Shown: in pieces, positions 1 to 9,036 of the stretch
Layout of the letters: each line of letters opens with the position of its first letter
Numbering within the stretch: position 1 is the stretch's first letter
From: Candidatus Bathyarchaeota archaeon
Lineage (GTDB): Archaea > Thermoproteota > Bathyarchaeia > RBG-16-48-13 > GCA-020355125
DNA: 64,000 bases
Assembly: GCA_026015035.1 (NCBI GenBank)
Contig: JAOZHB010000070.1
Location: 15,473 to 79,472 of the forward strand
Direction: 5' to 3'
The notes under the pieces: model-generated
Told to the model about the DNA's origin: nothing
The model's database searches: none
The model's input: the letters and a program-made list of their open reading frames with translations, nothing else
Translations under genes and position numbers: made by a program

Positions 1-95
1 CCCCGCTGAACCAGCAGGCATTGGCGTGTCTCTGGAACGTCTTTTTTTCCTGCTAAAGGCTTATTCCTCCTATAAACGAATTATATAAGGGCCTT

Positions 96-425
96 CTATA
101 TAACTTTCGCTCCTATTGGAGACGAATTATCCACCGTAAGCCATAATGGTTTCTCACCAGATACCGCTGCTAATAACATTCCTCTAGATTCTATCCCCGC
201 AATCTTTCTCGGAGCCAGATTCAACAGTGCCACAAATTTTCTTCCTAAAAACTGTTCAGGAGAGTAAAATTCAGCTCCACCAGCAACGATTGTTCTGGTT
301 TCGTCTGAGCCTATATCAACAACTAGCTTTAAAATTCTGTTTTTATGGGGGATGGACTCGGCTCCGATAACTTCAACTATACGCATGTCTAACTGTTTGA
401 AGTCATTATAAGAAATGTTTTTCAC
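96..425 (-). CDS. tRNA-binding OB-fold protein (CsaA/Trbp111/EMAP-type domain)
   Basis: 109-aa ORF. The pattern FKQLDMRIVEV...KLVVDIGSDETRTIVAGG...GRKFVALLNLAPRKIAGIESRGMLLA matches the MetRS C-terminal/CsaA tRNA-binding fold. Confidence 0.75.
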   Translation of the reverse strand: MKNISYNDFKQLDMRIVEVIGAESIPHKNRILKLVVDIGSDETRTIVAGGAEFYSPEQFLGRKFVALLNLAPRKIAGIESRGMLLAAVSGEKPLWLTVDNSSPIGAKVI

Positions 426-544
426 TGAATCACCCTCTTTTAGAATTAATACTTTCTTCCCTACTTTAATATTTCATTTGCGCTGCATGTACTGCTTTGA
501 AAAAGAAATTCAAAACGGTTCTATGCAAATTAGCATATAATAGA

Positions 545-3500
545 TTACATAAACGCTCCTAGTTCTACTTGTTTAATTCCGTTCTCTTCTACACTGAATA
601 GTTGTTGAATTTCATCTTTTATCAGTTTCAACCGCTGTTTAAAATAGTTGCCCAACTCATAATCTTGGACCAATTGCTCCGCTATGTCCACATATTTTTC
701 AATTCCTTTTTGGTGAACCGTGAGAAGAAGGTCACCGCCACACCTCGAACATTTTCCCGACAAAGGAATTCTTCTAAATTTCGCATTACACTTCTTACAC
801 CTAACCCGCTGATTTGTGAAAGCTTTAAGATTTCCCGCTATATCTCGCATGAAATGAGTTGTAAGAACCCTTCTAGCCACTTCTTTAGCATCTACAGCCT
901 GAATCTTCTCTGCTAAGAGAAGTTGACCCTGCAACTTATTTTTCATAGCACCCAGTTTTACGTATGAACTCTCTAAATTACCCTTGTTAATGTCATAAGT
1001 TTTATGAGTGAAAGAGTAGCCTTCAAATTGAGCTGGCGTTCCAAGCCGGTGTGCAACAAGATCCATTACCTGGCTTATTTTTATTGGGTCAACTCGTTCC
1101 AATGTTTTCTCATAGAAAACACTAGGATAAGACGAATTTAAATCAACATTATGGGCTTCATCCACCTCGGAAGGATTTATGGCAGATATCAAGAGAAGAG
1201 GCGCATCCATCATCCCTCCTATTCGCTCCGGAAGATAGGCTTTAGAAAAGTTTAGAAGGACATCTAAGACCAACAAGACGGCATCCTCGTCCCCATCACA
1301 ATCTCTTCTCTTAACATTGTGCCATAGTGGATGTGCGTAACACACACGTGCTTCCGTAAAGCCGAGGATCCTACCTAAAACCGCGGCAGAGGTGTGGGGA
1401 GCAAGACCCATTATAAGGTGACCTGTAAGATCTTCCACTCCTTTCACGTTGTAGTAGGGGGGAAGCCCGTAGACCTTTTGGAGTAAATCATCTATGAATT
1501 GACTTGTTCGAAGGAGGTACTCAGCGCAGGATCTAGGAATTATGATATCGTGAATTTTAAGTTCGCATGTTTGATCTACGTACTTAATCGGCATTCCCTT
1601 TACGTCGTGGAGGTAACCAAGCTGCATAAGTCTCTCAATGGACACCCCAATTTCCTCGGGGTTAAAATGGGTGAGGGGTGCATCGGTGGCGTCGAAGCGA
1701 ACCGTCCCATCTTTAAAAATGGAAATACCGTGTTTAGCTCTTAAAATCCCTTTTTCAATGGCCTCAGGAAACCTAGATTTATTCATAAGACCTCTAACGC
1801 CTTTAACCAAATCGGGATTTATTCCAAGCTTTTTCCGAGCATCATCATAAGCCTCCCGAATATTTATGGGTCTTCTATCATAATTTACAGTTGGCACTCT
1901 ACAACTAGGGCAAACATCGTCCTCAATAACTCTTTTACATCGAGGACAAGTTTTTTCTCCAACTGTTTGACCACCGCATTTTGGGCAGGTCAGCCGGTAC
2001 GTTATTCCTCCACAGCCTAAGCACTTTCTTCGCGCAATTTCAACCTGTATCCTACCTTTTTTTGCTGCTTGCACTAAATTTCTACGGGACCCACCAGCCA
2101 AACCCATTGGAAATAAAACATGGACAAGAGGAGACATCTGCCTTGCTTTCGCTTTTTCAGGACGCCCCATCCTTGCTCCAATGAAGGTTAACGCCTTTTC
2201 TTTGACCGTTATTCCCGACAACGCAGTAATTGTTTCCACGATGGCGTTCTGTCTTCTAAGCCTAAGCCTCGACTCATCTATTCTCAGGCATGAAGCAAGT
2301 ATTAACGCATCTTGACCTAGAATAACCCGCCCATCTTTTATCACATGAGGGACACATATTTTTTCTAGTACCTTGTTAACCTTTGAACTTGACGGAAAAC
2401 TGAGTTCCACTAAGGCTTCTCCTTCAACTCTTCTCTCAGACTTAATTAGTACTCCACGTAGAAAAGAAACTTCTTCGAAGTCCAAGTTCCTCCAAAAGTA
2501 TGTGAATCGAGGATGAAGGGGAACACCTAGACCTTCAGCTAAGACTATGGCCTCTCTACTAGTAGGTTTAACTTCCAAAGGCCGTTCCAATAGATCTTGC
2601 AATCGATTGAGGTGAAAGGCAATGGATCGAGCTGCTTCTTCCATAGATCTATTAAAGTTCTTATTCAATACATCCCAAACATCTTGAAGCCACCACTCCT
2701 CTGTATATCCTGAAGGCTCTAGTGGCTTATTGTTCTCTAGAAACTCTCCAAACCCAACAAGCAGATCTCCCAAAAACAGTATCTTCTCGATTTTCCCTTC
2801 CAATTGTTTGGCTTCAGAAGGAGATTCTATTCTGATAATTGAGCCGTCCCTCAACTTTACGATCGGAGGTTCTATCGTGTCTACGGGAAGGGTGATGCCT
2901 CCCTTACCCGGTTTGTCAACGCGAACTTGAGTTCCCGACGCAAGAAAATTTTGAAGAACCGTCATCGTTGCTGGGTGTACTCCTAACGCCGCTAACCCCG
3001 TGTTCCTAGAACGCCCGTACCTCAAGCGGAACCCACCACTTCTATGAGGAAACGAAAAGATGGGCCGACCAGCAATAACGTCCTCCAAATACATGTATTC
3101 AACGTTTACCTGGTTTTCATCATTGTTTTCCCTGACTTGCCTAAGCCACTCCCATCCCTCTATTCCAATGTATTCAGTTATCTTCACAACCTTTTGAGAT
3201 CGTCCTACAATTCCATCATTAACGACCCTGAGGGCCCCGCCTCTCACACGGTTTGTTTCAATTCTAGGAAGATTTCGAAAAGAAGAGACTTCAACAGGAT
3301 TGGTTTCGGTACCATTTACCTCTACCGGAAGGTTTCTAAGAGCGTTTTCTAATTCGTAATCGGAGATATGATACTGAAACCTACCCACTTCCCGCTCGTA
3401 CAGCCGAATCTCTTCTATAAAGCGATGAACCTCATCCTCAGTTGGCTTGTACCTGTCAAGGCCGAGTCGACGTCTAATATGATCACCAATGATTAAGATC

Positions 3501-3985
3501 AGAGCCTGCTCTGTCCCACCCGCAGAACGTATAGGACCCGCAAAATATAACGCCAAGTAACGGCCGCGATCCATGTTTCTCTTAATATGCACATGGGCTA
3601 TTCCTTGCATTGGAGCAGCAGTTATGCCCCCAGTCATGATTGCTAGGGCGGTCTTTATAGCTTGTTCCGCTGCTTCCTCCGGGCCTGTATGGCCAAATTT
3701 GGCATGAATGATGTCTTCGGAAACCACGAAGGCCATTTCATAGGGATCCATTTTTACACTTAATTCCCGAATTCTTTCTGCGACCTTTTTTGGTCCAACC
3801 AACCCCTCAACCATTTCAGCTAAGTCCTTAGCCACGCGGGTTTCAGGCTCATAAGATGGATCTATTCCTTTGCTTCTGGCCTTACTAGCTACGTCGTAGA
3901 GGTTTGTAAGTTCACGCTCCATTTTAATCAAGTAGTCTTCACAGTGACGGGTGGCAGCGAGGCGCATGACTGGTCTCCAAAACAA
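545..3985 (-). CDS. polC: DNA polymerase II (PolD) large subunit DP2
   Basis: 1146-aa ORF. It has the N-terminal LTNLYDVASKARSKGIDPSYEPE motif, a conserved catalytic core and C-terminal Zn-ribbons (CKKCNAKFRRIPLSGKCSRCGG). There is no intein-sized insertion. The real start may be the Met at 3967. Confidence 0.93.
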   Translation of the reverse strand: MFWRPVMRLAATRHCEDYLIKMERELTNLYDVASKARSKGIDPSYEPETRVAKDLAEMVEGLVGPKKVAERIRELSVKMDPYEMAFVVSEDIIHAKFGHTGPEEAAEQAIKTALAIMTGGITAAPMQGIAHVHIKRNMDRGRYLALYFAGPIRSAGGTEQALILIIGDHIRRRLGLDRYKPTEDEVHRFIEEIRLYEREVGRFQYHISDYELENALRNLPVEVNGTETNPVEVSSFRNLPRIETNRVRGGALRVVNDGIVGRSQKVVKITEYIGIEGWEWLRQVRENNDENQVNVEYMYLEDVIAGRPIFSFPHRSGGFRLRYGRSRNTGLAALGVHPATMTVLQNFLASGTQVRVDKPGKGGITLPVDTIEPPIVKLRDGSIIRIESPSEAKQLEGKIEKILFLGDLLVGFGEFLENNKPLEPSGYTEEWWLQDVWDVLNKNFNRSMEEAARSIAFHLNRLQDLLERPLEVKPTSREAIVLAEGLGVPLHPRFTYFWRNLDFEEVSFLRGVLIKSERRVEGEALVELSFPSSSKVNKVLEKICVPHVIKDGRVILGQDALILASCLRIDESRLRLRRQNAIVETITALSGITVKEKALTFIGARMGRPEKAKARQMSPLVHVLFPMGLAGGSRRNLVQAAKKGRIQVEIARRKCLGCGGITYRLTCPKCGGQTVGEKTCPRCKRVIEDDVCPSCRVPTVNYDRRPINIREAYDDARKKLGINPDLVKGVRGLMNKSRFPEAIEKGILRAKHGISIFKDGTVRFDATDAPLTHFNPEEIGVSIERLMQLGYLHDVKGMPIKYVDQTCELKIHDIIIPRSCAEYLLRTSQFIDDLLQKVYGLPPYYNVKGVEDLTGHLIMGLAPHTSAAVLGRILGFTEARVCYAHPLWHNVKRRDCDGDEDAVLLVLDVLLNFSKAYLPERIGGMMDAPLLLISAINPSEVDEAHNVDLNSSYPSVFYEKTLERVDPIKISQVMDLVAHRLGTPAQFEGYSFTHKTYDINKGNLESSYVKLGAMKNKLQGQLLLAEKIQAVDAKEVARRVLTTHFMRDIAGNLKAFTNQRVRCKKCNAKFRRIPLSGKCSRCGGDLLLTVHQKGIEKYVDIAEQLVQDYELGNYFKQRLKLIKDEIQQLFSVEENGIKQVELGAFM

Positions 3986-4088
3986 AATGATACTTTTACA
4001 GATAAATACGTTTATTACTTTTCTACTGTTAAAATATAAAGATAATTAAGCTGATATTATAAAGAAAGCGTTAAATAATTCTCTCAAA

Positions 4089-4859
4089 TCATTTAAGTCG
4101 ATTTATCTTCTTTTGTCCCATCTTCAGTATGCCCTTTATTATCTCAACCATTTCACCCGTTAACCCCGATTCTTCAATAATAGTGCCCGTCACTACTATG
4201 TCAGCTCCGGCTTTCACGACAGCCTCAGCTTCGAATCTAGTTCTAATACCGCCTCCGACAACTAAAGGGATATCAATTGTATTTTTCACTTCAGAAATCA
4301 TTTTTAGTGGAACTGGTTCGCGTGCTCCTGAACCCGCTTCCAAATAAACAAAATGCAATCCTAAATATTGGGCAGCTAACGTGTAGGAGGCCACTATCTC
4401 AGGTTTATCTCTTGGTAAGGCACGGGCTTGGCCAATGTACGCAGCTGTGCTTCCAGCATCAACGATTATGTATCCGAGGGACAAGGTTTCCAAGCCAAAG
4501 CGTTTGATCAGGGGCGCTCCTAATGCTTGGAGGCCCGTGATGAAGAGGGGATTATCAGAATTAAGGAGGGACATAAACCAGATAGCGTCAGCAAACTGGC
4601 TAATTCCTGTTATATTATTGGGAAACAGGATTACGGGGACTTTGACTTCGTCTTTAACCGCTTTTACGACTTCGTCAAGCTGTGGTACTGAAACCACAGT
4701 GGAGCCTCCAATCATAATTCCCGTAGTTCCAGCGGCTTCAAGAGCTTTAGACGTTTGAGCGGCCTCGGATGGCAGTATTCTATCTGGGTCTAAAAGGGAG
4801 AGGTGAATGCTCCCTTTACGACGAATTGTTTGTAAAAGATACTTTTCAACACTTTTCAT
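4089..4859 (-). CDS. geranylgeranylglyceryl phosphate synthase (PcrB/GGGPS family)
   Basis: 256-aa TIM-barrel pattern: IMIGGST, VILFPNN, FVYLEAGSGA, PLVVGGGIR. Confidence 0.85.
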   Translation of the reverse strand: MKSVEKYLLQTIRRKGSIHLSLLDPDRILPSEAAQTSKALEAAGTTGIMIGGSTVVSVPQLDEVVKAVKDEVKVPVILFPNNITGISQFADAIWFMSLLNSDNPLFITGLQALGAPLIKRFGLETLSLGYIIVDAGSTAAYIGQARALPRDKPEIVASYTLAAQYLGLHFVYLEAGSGAREPVPLKMISEVKNTIDIPLVVGGGIRTRFEAEAVVKAGADIVVTGTIIEESGLTGEMVEIIKGILKMGQKKINRLK

Positions 4860-4891
4860 TTGGTCATCATCCCCTCTGTACTCAAAATCTA

Positions 4892-5131
4892 TTACGAATG
4901 CCTAGAGTAAAATTTGTCTGTAAATTTGCAATAAAGATCAACTGGTTGATCGGTTGGAGAAATAGGAACCTCGACCTTAAACCCGCAGTTTCCACATGTG
5001 ACCAGAGCTTGAGTCTCATCTTTTGATGTGACATAGACGGCGTTGACTCCGCATCTAGGACATAAAAAGATTTTCGGTAATTGTTTCCTCGGGGGCCTCA
5101 CTATCTTTCTTTTTCTTCGCCCCATTTTCAT
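4892..5131 (-). CDS. transcription elongation factor Elf1-like Zn-ribbon protein
   Basis: 79 aa with a basic N-terminus MGRRKRK. LCPRCG...TCGNCGF (CxxC-x20-CxxC) is followed by ISPTDQPVDLYCKFTD, which parallels yeast Elf1 LSQPVDVYSDWFD. Confidence 0.7.
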   Translation of the reverse strand: MKMGRRKRKIVRPPRKQLPKIFLCPRCGVNAVYVTSKDETQALVTCGNCGFKVEVPISPTDQPVDLYCKFTDKFYSRHS

Positions 5132-5319
5132 TTCTCCATTCTACTTCGTTTTGATATGCATCATTTTATTATAAAAGTAATTAAGGTATTTATCAATGAT
5201 GCGTAGATTTTAACAATGTTACTGACTGAGATGCATTGTTGAGATGAAGCGGATTCCGACGGTTTGGGAAAAACTTGAGTGACCTCTCTAGTGTATACAT
5301 GTCCTGCATACGGTATTTT

Positions 5320-7773
5320 TCACCTCTTTAACACAGAGCCAATTGTGAAGTTTTTTCTTTTTTTAATCGTTGGATCTATCTGTGCCATATCTTCCTTGTT
5401 TAAAATCAGTCCGTAATAGCTTCCCTTGGCTGATTCAGCAATCTGCATTAAGAATTCAGTGGGATTAAGTAACTTTCTTCGGATGCGAATGCCTTCCTCT
5501 CTCATCATCGCTTCCAGGGGACTGTGGGACGTGTTGATAACAATATTTCTCACTTTATCTCTGGCCAAAAGTCTGGCCACATCTATGGAGTCCGCTTGAG
5601 GCTCGCTTAGAAACCTCTTACGGCCGCGTTTTGATAGGGGTTGCTTGAGGGGAACGTTTGCTATGCCGTCTGAAAGGATTATGAGCATGAGAATGGAATC
5701 CTTGTTTCGTTGTTTTTCACGTCTTAAGACCCTGTAAGCCTTGAGCATGCCTTTAGCTACGGGCGTGAAATCACTGACTCTCGCCGCCCACAATTTCTTA
5801 ACGACCAACTCGACGTTAGTTGTTGGCTCCTGAAGAACGTAGGCGTCATTACCCTTGAAGACCACTAAACCAACACGGTCCCGACGCCTGAACGCGTTTT
5901 GATGTAGAGTTGATATGGCCATACCAAGATTTACGATTGAACTAATCATTGATAAGCTTAAATCAACGAGGATTACTATAGAAAAGGGTGCACGGTACTC
6001 CCGCATCTTAATTCGGATATCCTGAGGCTTTATGACCATCGATAGATTCGACTTCTTCCTAGACAGTTGATAAGGAGCCGCTGCACGGATCGTAGGTTCT
6101 AGAGCTATATTCCACGGTTTCTCCTTTGGACGCTCATGCCAAACATATCTGCCTCGCGCGAGAGAAGTCACGACTGGAGCACGTTTACCTACCAAGTATT
6201 GTCTTCCCCGCAAAGCTCTTCCCTCTTGAGACCGTTTTGTCCTCTTTAAAAACTCGGTTCCCTTTTCTTTGGGAATACTTTCAAATACCTTTTCACCATC
6301 CTCTACCTCCGCATCTCGTTCTTCAATTGTTTCTGCAAGGGTGGGTGACCGTATCGCGTCTTGAGAACCCTGTGAACCCAGTTGATCAACCCGTCTGCCC
6401 GACATTTGCTCAGCAGTAATCTTGGAGAGGTCAAGAACTTGACTTGGTACAACCTTCTCAGGCCGTTTCAAGATTAAACTCAAGATGACAAACACTAACG
6501 TAACTGTCAAGAAAAACATGAAGGTCTGATCTGTCGATGAGAATATTTGGAAAAAGAACTGAAGGAATAGTTGCGCAGAGAAAAACGGGGTGAAAAATAG
6601 TAAAAGTATCAAGACCATCCCTACTAAGATGGCTAAAAGAGGGATCCGCCCAAACTTCCCTAATGAAAAGGGAAGCCAAACCTTTCTCCAGCGACCCAGC
6701 TTAGCAATTAAGGGGTTCTCACCGGCAGGAGTTACTTTAAAGGCTTTTTGGATCTCTTTTGTTGTGGGTGGCGGTATCTGGCCTGATTTTCTCGTTCGAT
6801 GGCTTAGAGCTAAATTAGAAGCCATTAAAAGGTCGTCGGGTAAAACTTCCTCTCTATCGTTGAAAGCCGCTAATGCCTTTGCCGCCCGCATCATCACGAT
6901 GTCTGGTCGGTATCCGTCGACTTGGATACGGGTGCAAATCTTTGCGACGCTTTCAATGACCGATTGTGGCGTTTGCACCCTCGGAAGGAGGTCCCGAGCA
7001 ACTTTTATTCTTCTTCTAAGCTCCTCTTGCTGAGAACCGTAGATCTTACGGAAGGCTAAGGGATCTCTTTGAAACGCTTCACTTCTTCGTATAACTTCTA
7101 TCCTGTCCTTGGGGTTCAACAGTCTCTGAGCCTTGGCGTGAAGGCCGAAGCGATCTAGTATTTGAGGTCTTAACGCTCCCTCCTCGGGGTTCATACTGCC
7201 GACTAAGATGAAGCGTGACGGGTGTGTTATGGACATGCCTTCCCGCTCAATAACGTTCCAGCCAGAGGCTGAAACGTCTAGAATCATGTCTACAAGATGG
7301 TCGGGGAGGAGGTTGACCTCGTCGATGTAAAGACTGTTTTGATTTGCATCAGCAAGAATACCTGGCTGAAGCGCCTTTATTCCCCTGAGGAGGGCCGCTT
7401 CAACGTCAAGGCTTCCAATAACTCTATCCTCAGTCGCGCTCAAGGGCAAAGTAACGACGTGTGCCTTCTTCTGGGTCTTTGGCAGTATCTTGTTTGCGAT
7501 ATACCGTGACCGGCAATCGTCGCACATGCTCGTGAGGTCGAACGGGTTACACTTAAAGACGCAATCCTCTACGACGTCTATAGCAGGAAAAACCTCTTCC
7601 ACAGCGCGGACAATAGAGGATTTTCCGGTGCCCTTGGGTCCAGTGAGAAGCACTCCACCAATACCGGGGTCTATAGTGTTAAGGATTAGAGCCGTTTTAA
7701 ACTCGTCTTGGCCGACAATGGCAGTAAATGGGTAAACGGGTCTGCCTTCATCTACTGAAACACGTTTGACCAT
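5320..7773 (-). CDS. Mg-chelatase-family AAA+ ATPase fused to a vWA domain (ChlD/BchD-like), with hydrophobic membrane-type linker
   Basis: 817 aa. The N-terminal ChlI-type AAA+ module has Walker A GPKGTGKS and Walker [10 protein letters not shown]. The C-terminal vWA domain has an intact MIDAS-like DLSLS...SDG. Residues about 376-436 (nt 6466..6648) are two to three strongly hydrophobic helices. Confidence 0.75.
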   Translation of the reverse strand: MVKRVSVDEGRPVYPFTAIVGQDEFKTALILNTIDPGIGGVLLTGPKGTGKSSIVRAVEEVFPAIDVVEDCVFKCNPFDLTSMCDDCRSRYIANKILPKTQKKAHVVTLPLSATEDRVIGSLDVEAALLRGIKALQPGILADANQNSLYIDEVNLLPDHLVDMILDVSASGWNVIEREGMSITHPSRFILVGSMNPEEGALRPQILDRFGLHAKAQRLLNPKDRIEVIRRSEAFQRDPLAFRKIYGSQQEELRRRIKVARDLLPRVQTPQSVIESVAKICTRIQVDGYRPDIVMMRAAKALAAFNDREEVLPDDLLMASNLALSHRTRKSGQIPPPTTKEIQKAFKVTPAGENPLIAKLGRWRKVWLPFSLGKFGRIPLLAILVGMVLILLLFFTPFFSAQLFLQFFFQIFSSTDQTFMFFLTVTLVFVILSLILKRPEKVVPSQVLDLSKITAEQMSGRRVDQLGSQGSQDAIRSPTLAETIEERDAEVEDGEKVFESIPKEKGTEFLKRTKRSQEGRALRGRQYLVGKRAPVVTSLARGRYVWHERPKEKPWNIALEPTIRAAAPYQLSRKKSNLSMVIKPQDIRIKMREYRAPFSIVILVDLSLSMISSIVNLGMAISTLHQNAFRRRDRVGLVVFKGNDAYVLQEPTTNVELVVKKLWAARVSDFTPVAKGMLKAYRVLRREKQRNKDSILMLIILSDGIANVPLKQPLSKRGRKRFLSEPQADSIDVARLLARDKVRNIVINTSHSPLEAMMREEGIRIRRKLLNPTEFLMQIAESAKGSYYGLILNKEDMAQIDPTIKKRKNFTIGSVLKR

Positions 7774-7815
7774 GGAGACTTCAACTTTTAACCCTTGTTA
7801 CGTTACTCAACCGTA

Positions 7816-8859
7816 CTATGCTTTCCTACTCATAGCCATGGCGAACGCTTCTTCAACTTCTTCAGCGGTGGCCGGCTCTTCAAAGCCGCCCCGCCTTGTT
7901 CTAAACCCAATCGCCATTTGAGCGACACGTAAGACATCCTCCGCAGTGACTTCCGTGAGTCCCTCGAAGGCGGTCAGCGTCTTTGCCGCCCGGACCGTCA
8001 CAATGTCTGGTCTGTGACCATCGATGTTGAGCGCGATGCAGGAGCGAACAACGACCTCCAATAGCTGATCGGGAATTATGACGTTTACCAGGGCCTCCCG
8101 TGCTTTAATGATTCTTTCTCTCAACATCGCTTGTTCTTTTCTGAAGGCCTCTATGAAGTCGAGGGGGGCTTCTCCAAATCGCAAGTTGTTTTTCACAATC
8201 TCTATTCGCTGCGTTTCATCGAGTAATTCTTGAATTGAAATATGTAGTGAAAACCGGTCAAGTAACTGCGGGCGAAGCTCTCCTTCCTCAGGGTTCATCG
8301 TTCCAATTAAGATAAATCTGGACGGATGTCCCACAGAGATGGATTCACGCTCCACGATGTTCCACCCGGAAGCGGCGACGTCGAGGATTACGTCAGTGAT
8401 GTGATCGGGGAGGAGGTTGACCTCGTCGATGTAAAGGATGCTCTGATTTGCCTCAGCTAAAATACCTGGCTCTAAGGCGCGAACGCCAATCTTTATTGCT
8501 TTTTCTATGTCTAAGCTCCCGATAACCCGATCCTCTGTTGCACCAATAGGCAGAGAAACGACTCGCATCTTTCGTCTTTCAACGGGTAAAACTTCTCCCC
8601 TTTTATAAGCGGAAAGACAGTTCAGACACATGTTTGTAGGGTCGTTAGGATTACAGTTAAATCGGCAATCCTTAACAACGTTTATTTCAGGCAACAAGTC
8701 TGCAAGGGCTCGTACGGACGTGCTCTTACCTGTGCCCTTTGGGCCTCGGATGAGGAGTCCTCCTATTTGAGGGTTAATAGCGTTCAGTAGGAGAGCACGC
8801 TTAAGTTCTTGCTGTCCAACAAAGGCAGCAAACGGGTAGACAATCCTTTCAAACGACAT
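7816..8859 (-). CDS. Mg-chelatase subunit I-like AAA+ ATPase (ChlI/BchI family)
   Basis: [49 protein letters not shown]. The start is set at the Met at 8859 ([10 protein letters not shown]), not the ORF-track start at 8997. Confidence 0.82.
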   Translation of the reverse strand: MSFERIVYPFAAFVGQQELKRALLLNAINPQIGGLLIRGPKGTGKSTSVRALADLLPEINVVKDCRFNCNPNDPTNMCLNCLSAYKRGEVLPVERRKMRVVSLPIGATEDRVIGSLDIEKAIKIGVRALEPGILAEANQSILYIDEVNLLPDHITDVILDVAASGWNIVERESISVGHPSRFILIGTMNPEEGELRPQLLDRFSLHISIQELLDETQRIEIVKNNLRFGEAPLDFIEAFRKEQAMLRERIIKAREALVNVIIPDQLLEVVVRSCIALNIDGHRPDIVTVRAAKTLTAFEGLTEVTAEDVLRVAQMAIGFRTRRGGFEEPATAEEVEEAFAMAMSRKA

Positions 8860-9036
8860 AATCACTCTAAGACCTTCGTTAACCAATATAAACTCTTTTT
8901 TATTCGGCACGGTGAAGGCGGTTTGCAGAATACATTTTAATGAGGGTAACTTTGAGCTTTTACGCTTCAGTGAAATCGAGTACGTAGTTCGAATCATACA
9001 TCAAAACTCTTAACGCTATTAAGGGGGAAGTCTTTA

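Noticed and set aside
1-56. An open frame ending in TAA at about 54..56 that could be the 3' end of a plus-strand gene running in from the left.
   Set aside because: Only about 18 codons are visible and nothing is recognisable.
602-3352. Several 66-104-aa plus-strand ORFs inside the PolD gene region (602..916, 1499..1744, 1638..1850, 1981..2184, 2730..2930, 3044..3352).
   Set aside because: They lie fully antisense to, and embedded in, a strongly supported 1146-aa gene. Their composition is low-complexity with no motifs. They are typical shadow ORFs.
8860-8997. 46-residue N-terminal extension of the ChlI-like ORF. Similar upstream-Met extensions occur at rpoH (18470..18568) and the ThDP enzyme (61243..61359).
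   Set aside because: The family-conserved sequence begins right after an internal Met in each case. The extensions are non-conserved-looking and run into promoter-like AT-rich DNA.
8975-9000. A GTTCGAATC T-loop-like string that could hint at a tRNA.
   Set aside because: There is no flanking acceptor, D or anticodon stem complementarity. I found no tRNA-like cloverleaf anywhere in the spacers I read.
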